Assembly (NCBI GenBank): GCA_964016885.1
Contig: OZ024742.1
Location: 299,026,001 to 299,090,000 of the forward strand
Direction: 5' to 3'
Source of the DNA: Eledone cirrhosa
Taxonomy: Eukaryota
DNA: 64,000 bases
Position numbers and translations under genes: made by a program. The notes beneath the pieces are model-generated. The model searched no databases. It was not told the DNA's origin and was given only the letters and a program-made list of their open reading frames with translations. Positions 56,171 through 64,000 of this stretch are shown one piece after another; within the stretch, counting starts at the first letter, position 1; each line of letters begins with the position of its first letter.

Positions 56171-56350
56171 CAGACCTGCCAACCTCTAAAAACTCAAACG
56201 GGGAGTACCATGGAAACAAGGGGTGAAATGAGGCAAATTGGAAGATTTAACAGAATGAAGGCTATACCCATTTTCACAAGATATAACATCTCTCATCACT
56301 CCCAAGTTGGTGGGACATCTCCCCGTCGGACGGGAGATTTTCAAGGTCTG
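56171..56350 (-). mobile_element. MITE with CAGACCTGCCAAC-type terminal repeats (hAT-like)
   Basis: Starts cagacctgccaacc and ends aggtctg; reverse-complement similarity to 61377-61570. Confidence 0.55.
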
Positions 56351-57893
56351 ATCATCTACATCGGTTGACGATGAATGTTCCTGTTTTTCTGTTTAACGGA
56401 ACTCTATGCTAAACAAATCAACATGTGAATGATTAAGCAATCTAGAAACACGCATATCTCATGGGAATTCAGTGTAACACCGTGTGTGTTGACTGATCCT
56501 ATGAATTGCAGTCGATCCAACGCGCTTCCAAAGTGTTCGTCTAGCCAATTTCAGTCACTAGTCTTAGGATAACCCTTGTTAAGGCAAATGGCGCCCTCCG
56601 AAGATGCCACGCAATCGGATCGAACCAAAGCAAACTTCTTAACAATTTCGCCATGCTACGTGCACTAATTTGAGTTAACAATTCACACTTAGGATTCGAA
56701 ATCTAAAGATGGTTTCGAACGCCGTTGTCAAATGTTGCTGCCTACCACGAATGAAATTATTATAATTTCTTTAAGTAGTCATGACATACACTTGAAATAA
56801 TATCAACTACTATCCTAACGGTAACAATGGTTTATTTTTTTTATCTAACTCAAGATATGACAGAACAGCTAGAAGGACATAAATTCATCAAAATAAATGA
56901 ATAGATTATTTCTAATTTCTTCTGAATTCAGTTGAATGTATTTATTAAGTTCGTGTGCGTTTATATTAATGATGAATAGTGAGAAATTACTTTAGTATGT
57001 GTCAATACTACAGGAAAGTAAGAAAACAAGACAACATAAAAAGACATTTCAGCAAATAGATAAGAAATAAAATTTGTGTTCCACTTACTATAACACCATC
57101 AATCAACATTATTATTATTATTATTATATAGATATATCGTTTATTAAGAGATCGACAATGATGCAATGACAGAAGACATAGAATTACGTTCAAAATAATG
57201 CATTATTGAATTATATCAGAACTGTTGAAATACTACTGATAATGTAACGAGAGATTGGTTGAGTGCCGATATCGCCATTTCTTACGTAAATTAAAAGAAA
57301 AACGAGAGAAAGCAAATTAATGAGGGAAAGATGGACTGATGAGATAAAGGGCGAAACGACGGAGGACAAACGGACCAGCGAGAAAACTTAGAGCGCCGAG
57401 AAAATGGTGGGCTAACTAGGGGAAGATGGTTCAACGAAGAAAAGACGGACCAGCGTGTAAGACTGCTAGAAATGTGAACAAGATTGTCATGACGTGAGCG
57501 CCCTCAATCATAGATATGAAGGTCAGATGCGATATAAGCAGACTCCAGCCAGACGAATAAGTAACCCCGAACTATTGCAATATTTGGTTGACACGTCTAT
57601 ATAAGTGTGTGTGTGTGTGTGTAAAGTATTGTGGTGGAGTGATTTCCAGGCTGTCAGATGGTGGAGCCGGCAATACAGGTCATTTAAAGTTCAAGGCGAG
57701 CGGGAAAGGGGGAGGGTACAGTGAGAAATGTTAGTGTTTCGGTGTTAGTGTTTTGTACGAAGAATTAGGAAAAAAGGTTTTAGAATTGCGGGGAGATAAT
57801 TTACCTTTTTATATCGAGCTATATACATAATTTATCGATTACTCTTTTTTATTCGAACCTATAAATTACAGGATATAAACAAACACACGCACG

Positions 57894-57976
<83 letters not shown>

Positions 57977-58334
57977 TCTTTTACTTTTTAATCTTTTACC
58001 AGTTCCAGCCATCCGGCTGAGGCCATGCTGGGACACCGCCCCTATATATATATTTATATATATATATATAAAATATATATTTGTGTGTGCTAAGTTTTTG
58101 CGTAGAAAAGGTAAAGGAAAAAAGAGTATTGTACAGAGCTATTTAATTACATAAGAAACAACACAATATATTATTTCATTACCGATGGTTTTAAGAAACT
58201 AGATGATTCTTGTAAGGAACATCCTTATTTTGTCTGACAAATGAACTGGATGTTCTTTACAAGAATCCTTTGTTTCTTGAAACCTTCGGTGATGACATAA
58301 TCATATTGAATTATATATATATATATATATATGA

Positions 58335-58465
58335 AAATATTCAGAACCCCGACGGCTGAGCTCCGGCCGTTTCGACAGCTAGATCCGAACGGCCGGAGCT
58401 CAGCCATAAGTATTGAGTACTCTGGTGTATTATGGACCACCTGGTATCTTACCACAGCCTCTTTG

Positions 58466-58468
<3 letters not shown>
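58335..58468 (+). mobile_element. family H mini-insertion with internal deletion
   Basis: Inverted arm cagaaccccgacggctgagctccggccgtttcgacagctag plus partial tail taagtattgagtactctggtg. Confidence 0.7.
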
Positions 58469-58504
<36 letters not shown>

Positions 58505-58505
<1 letters not shown>

Positions 58506-58810
58506 ATTCATTTCTACTTTTGGCACAGGGCACCAGTGCATTACTGGTACTTTATTTCATCGACCCCGTAAGGATGAAAGGCAAAGTTAACCTCGGCGGG
58601 ATTTGAGCTCAGACCATAAACGGCCGTAACTCTTTGCTGAAAAGCATGGCGTCCGACCCTCTACCGATACCGCCAATCCACCGCCCTATATATATATAAT
58701 AATAATTGTTTCTACTTTTGGCACAAGGCCAGCAATTACCCAGTTCATTACTGGTACTTTATTTTATCGACCCCGTAAGGATAAAAAGCAAAGTCAACCT
58801 CGGCGGGAAT
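58505..58810 (-). mobile_element. two tandem tRNA-derived SINE copies
   Basis: Same family as 54025-55203, reverse orientation. Confidence 0.85.
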
Positions 58811-61376
58811 AATGATATACACTCACACTGCAGTCGGGACTTTGGAGAAAAATAGGTATATTGTTGTCTATTATTTCCTTTGAAATTTAAGTGCTATTGT
58901 CTACCATTTTATATATAAAGCCCAAAAGGATTAAAAGCAAAGTTAGCCTCGGTGAAATGTGAACACTGATCTCAGAATGTCAGTAAACGGTGCTAAATGT
59001 AGCAAATACTTTTATTTTGTGCTCTACTGATTCTGCCTGACATGGTTTTTACTGTCCAAAATAACCCAAATATTTCTCCATTTAGATAAAAACTGCTTTG
59101 TCGATTAGAGAGATGTATATTAGCTATTACGTGCAACGTCGTCGATATGACATCTGATATTTAATAGCAGTAAGCAGTTACGTGTTCTCACATTCTACAT
59201 GAGAATTTTTAGGCGAAATTCCATTTTCATTTATCATTTAGCAAGTCATGTTAATAATCTACATAATAGTAACCTTTCAACATGTTGATATCACTTTCAA
59301 CATAACTATATTTATAGGAATATGTGTTATACAAGGCGTAATATGCATATGAAAAATGTACAAATATAAAATTCAAAACAATGTAGAGATATATGTTGAG
59401 GACCTGAACCCACGACTTCTGATTCACCACTGCATCCTCGTTATTTGCGCTTAGAGTAGAGAATAGAATACCATGGATATATTTCAATTGGTATTGGAGT
59501 GCGTTCATTACTGCCGTCTTAGACCACTTATTAGCACAAGAGGCCAGCCTGTCGAGATAGGAGTATCGTGATTTGAACATATAACACACAGAGCCTGAAC
59601 ACATACCTAAAAGCATCACGATCCCACCACTTCGTTACCCCTGAAATTGTACTTTATTTATCGACACCAAACGGATGAAAGATAAAGTTGACTCCAGTGA
59701 GATTTGAACTCAGATTTCAGAGAGCCTGTACAAATACCGAGGTATTTAATGGTATGCTCTAATTACTTTTCAAAGTCTTTGGCACTGTATCATACTTTTA
59801 AAAAAAACTCACAAGGATAATTATTTTCATTCTCCTTCGGTGAATATAGACTTAGTAAGGAGCAGTTGATATTCTAATACGATGTCCCCGCTCCTGATGC
59901 TGTATCGGTAGTGATGGCTAAATCTTCTTCTCCTAGTTCCCATCTTCTCTCTCTTCCTCTATAACCAACATGAGGCAATTTCTGCTGCCACCCTCATTCT
60001 GAAAGCAGTTGGCTAATATTAAGCGTTCAACATTTTTACATAGTCGACACATTTTCAGTATACGTTTTTGTGACACAATAAATAATATATTTGTTGGTCA
60101 ATAAATAATTAGTCATCTGTCTAATTTTGTGCAATGATTTCAGGTCACAAATATACTTCACAATTAAATATTTGTAAAAATAATGTTCAAATTTGGCTTA
60201 ATTCTTCGGAAGCGTTATCGTAAACTTAATTCTCAAAGATATTTAACGGTATATGACAAAGATTCCACGCAGTGTGATAAATTGTATGACCTTATAATTG
60301 CGAAACGAACTTCTATGTTGCATACTAATATCTATATGTCTGTCGGTGACGCTATTACAATCGGGTTTTATTACTACCATAAGTTAATTTCTTTCATTGT
60401 CAGTGTGGTTTTGATTTGAATGAATCCTATGTAGGTTTAGCTGATCCTTTTGAAGCATATCTCTCATATGAGGTTTCGGGGATGTTTTAATGATACGGTA
60501 CCTATTTATATCCCTAAAAACAACGTAAGAAGTGCCTTGTCCAAGAGAACAACGGACCGCCCGATTCAGGAATCCAATCCATGCCTTTATAATCATGAGT
60601 CCACCACTTTAACCACATGACTACACACCTTCAGTTTTGACTTAATTAAATTACTAATGGTTTACTTTATAACATAATTAATACGACAGAAGTTAATTAT
60701 ATATTTATTATAAAAGATGAAAATAATTTTAAAAATTCTTTAAGAGCAGAGAAGAATTTCGAATGCATACACTTGGAAACACAAACATAAAAAAACAGAC
60801 ACGCACTCAATCTAAAATACACTTGTACACACTCACAAACACGAAAATGTAATACGCACACAAACTTGATGTAGAGACATACTTCACATACGAACACACA
60901 CATATACACACTACACACACTTTGATAATGAGCGCACAACCAAAAGATGAACTATACAAACATTAAAATCGACAATACACATACACATAAACACGCATAC
61001 GAAAAGTATTACACACACTCACACACAAACTTGCTACACAGCTATATTTCACAGACGAATACACTTGTACACACACACAAATTCGTTGACAACACACACA
61101 GATTTAGAAGTAAAGCGAACTACAACCACCCACACTGACAATACACACAGACACACGTTAGACTGATATTTTACAACACACAACGCAATAAATACACACA
61201 CCATAATGAACGAACATACATACGTCCACTTTAAAACACGCACTTAGCACTCTGGCAAAAACATATAAATACAGCAAGACACTCACACCTATTCACACGC
61301 ATCTAACCTCACGTTAAACTCTTTACTTCTTAGAATTCCTTTATATACTCCCTGTCCAGTTTCACGAATCCCACAT

Positions 61377-61742
61377 CAGACCTATCAGCCCTCCCCGTCC
61401 GACGGAGATCACCCACATCATTTGGAGTGGGTGAGGGATGTCTTCTCTTGTGAAAATGGGTGTCGCTTTCATTATGTAAAATCTCCCCATTTTTGCCTCA
61501 TTTCTCCTCGTTTTGGGGCATTTTTTTCATGGTACTCCCAGTTTGGGTTTTTAGAAGTTGGCGGGGCTGGTATCTATTAACGTTCCTCCGCTTTTTAGTT
61601 TTCTCTTTAACATGCATAAAACAATATGTTCAGTAACCATTGTCTTTACCTGCTACAACGATAACAGCACATGAAGAATTAGTGGAATTGCACTTTTTTT
61701 CGTGGTACTCCCCGTTTGGGTTTTTAGCGGTTGGCGGGTCTG
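61377..61742 (+). mobile_element. MITE-like repeat (family of 14305 and 56171)
   Basis: cagacc... start, gttggcgggtctg end; shared internal sequence with 14305-14710. Confidence 0.55.
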
Positions 61743-61944
61743 TTTACACATTCAACAACATATCTCATTACCAACACAATTTTCATCAGATCATAGGAAT
61801 ATAAATATCTCCTGGAATATTAAGGATTTTAAGCATTTATTTGGAATCCCTACCACACTCTGGACTACTTACATAACTGCCACTTGCATCATAATTTCGT
61901 CGTACATTTTCGTCCCTCTATATTGTATGAACACACAAACATCT

Positions 61945-62835
61945 ATATATAAATGCTGCACATACGGAACTCTCTTCCAATATCCCTCTCTATATCAATT
62001 AACACCAATCTCTCCCCCTCTCTATATCTACTACACGAAACTCTCTTCCAGTCCAAACAATAAACATCAATCTTTCCCCTTCTTTATATCTAATGTACAA
62101 CACACTCTTCCAACACCCCTCACTATATTAATTACCACCAAACTTGTCCCCTCACTATATTTATGATACAACACTACGTCTCATTCTCTCCCACTCTACC
62201 AAACTCTCCCCTCTCTATATAAATCAATACCTACCTCTATCAATCCTATCACTCTATTCATTACCACCAAATTCTCCCTCTTCTTCATCAACCATATAAC
62301 ACTCTCTCACAATCACCCCCTCTATATCAATTGACAAGTAACTCTCCATCACTCGACGTCAACCATACAACATCTTCTCCCATCCCCCTCTCTCTATCAA
62401 TTAACACCACACTCTCACTGTCTCTGTATCTACTACACGTAACTCTCTTTCAATGCCTCTCTCTATATGAATAGCACCAGACTTTGCCCCACTCTATATC
62501 TATCAATACTTTTATCTCTATCAATCCTCTCACTCTATTCAATAACATCAATCTCTCCCCCTCTCTGTATCTAATATACAACACACTCTCCCAACCCACC
62601 TCTCTATATCAATTAGCATCAATCTTTCCCCTCTATATATCTACCATACAACACTCTCTATCAATCCTTTCACTCTATCTATCACTTCCAGACTCTCCCC
62701 CTCTCTATATCTATCAATACCTACCTCTATCAATCCTCTCACTCTATTCATTACCACCAAATTCTCCCCCTTTCTATATCAACATTACAACACTCTCTCC
62801 CTATATAAATTAACACCAAATCCTCTCCCTCTCCA
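61945..62835. repeat. degenerate ~45 bp CT-rich minisatellite
   Basis: Recurring ctctctatatcaattaacaccaa.ctctcccctctctatatcta units. Confidence 0.8.
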
Positions 62836-62963
62836 TATCAAGTACACGGAAGGATGAACGTCAGGGTTGATCCCCGCGGGATTTGAATTCGGGCCCATTT
62901 AATTCGAATGCTCATGACTGCCAATTCGCAGCCTATACATTGAAGCAAGAAATGAGAACTTAC

Positions 62964-63243
62964 CTGTTGTTTCTCGATGGCGACTCTTTCGATTTGGTGG
63001 CGGTATATCCGTTTGTGTTCCTTGAGAGACTGCTGCAGTGTCGCTTGATTTGATACGTCTGTAAGATCCACACTTGAAATCAAGTCGATGCATGCGATAG
63101 CAGTTTAGACAAGTTCTATCTTGTTGAATACTTATCATAGAGTCTGTTTCCTTATCGGGGCTTTCCATTAACTGACACTGACAGGAATTTGTTTTCGGTA
63201 AAATGACTTTGTCAGTTGGTGCTTTGCTAGCACACGAACCCAT
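62964..63243 (-). CDS. probable first coding exon of a host gene encoding an N-terminally acylated protein of unknown family
   Basis: ATG with A at -3 and G at +4; MGSCASK myristoylation/palmitoylation-like start; non-repetitive 93-codon frame ending at a consensus donor CAG|GTAAGT (phase 1). Confidence 0.65.
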
Positions 63244-64000
63244 AATTTATATACAATGCCTAGCACGTTTAGCACACCCTTCGTTCTGCTTGACGATTGA
63301 TTCCTTTTTAGATTTTGTTTTACTCACGAAACGTAATTTTTTGTTTTACTCACGAAATGTAATTTTTTTTTTCAAATTTGTTGAAACGTATGTTGCCAAA
63401 ATAACCTACCACCTACTAACTGCATTGTATTTGGATGTCTGTGTTTGTTCCACTTATGTTCCCTGCAAAAGAAAAGCATACAGTAGGAAATAATAATATG
63501 ATGACGGAAACAGTAAACAAATATAGAATATATTATTTTATTATTTCATCAAAATCTTGTTTAGTTCTTGATTTTTAACATTAGTATTTGAGTCGCATGT
63601 ACACCACAGTAAATATTATTAAATGTTTCGCTTCTAAAGAAATATATTTTATATGTACTTGTTCCGCTGAACCTTTGTGCAGTTGAAACTCTAACCTTTC
63701 GATGCAGTTCGTGATATGGCTGGTTCCTGCTTATTTTTACTCTTAATTCAGCAAGTAGTAGCTGGAGATATTTTTCTTTTGTAAAATGCTACGGAGCATT
63801 ACTTCTCAAACTTATTTCGTCGCAGAACTAACAAACCTTTCTAAACATTCCAGAACACATATGCGTATTTTACAGGCAATTCTCACCTCCTAATTAAAAG
63901 GAAAATATTAAATGAAATAAAAAGTGCATTTGTGACAGAATTTAATAATACAAAATTACCCACACATGCAAATGCATGTGTGGGTAAATATGGTTACATT

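Noticed and set aside
57336-57362. CTGATGA...GAAAC hammerhead-like core
   Set aside because: No stem II or stem I pairing and no UH cleavage site
59860-60000. Possible minus-strand exon after the acceptor-like ctgctttcag
   Set aside because: Stop codons in all three frames shortly after the acceptor

Overview
AT-rich, microsatellite-laden animal genomic DNA. The SINE and RTE families look like those of octopod cephalopods (inference from recalled repeat sequences, not a search). The window is almost entirely transposon debris. It holds two copies of one RTE LINE family (one interrupted by a mariner), an RTE-BovB-like LINE, an ORF2-deleted Tx1/L1-like element, Helitron and CR1 fragments, many tRNA-derived SINEs, and at least seven Penelope-like/retrozyme-like insertions carrying hammerhead ribozyme motifs in (TA)n tracts. 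The only likely host sequence is one first coding exon on the minus strand (63243-62964, MGSCASK...), so much of the window may be intronic. The most striking signal is a ~1.2 kb tract of the RTE copy at 2348-5430 that is massively A-to-G mutated on its sense strand relative to its sister copy (hand count 28 A>G, 0 G>A, 6 other differences in 165 nt). This matches ADAR-type RNA hyper-editing written back into the genome by retrotransposition. Secondary highlights are a hammerhead with a compensatory U3-A8 core in a retrozyme-like unit, U4C-core hammerheads, and hairpin mini-insertions that begin exactly at a predicted hammerhead cleavage site.
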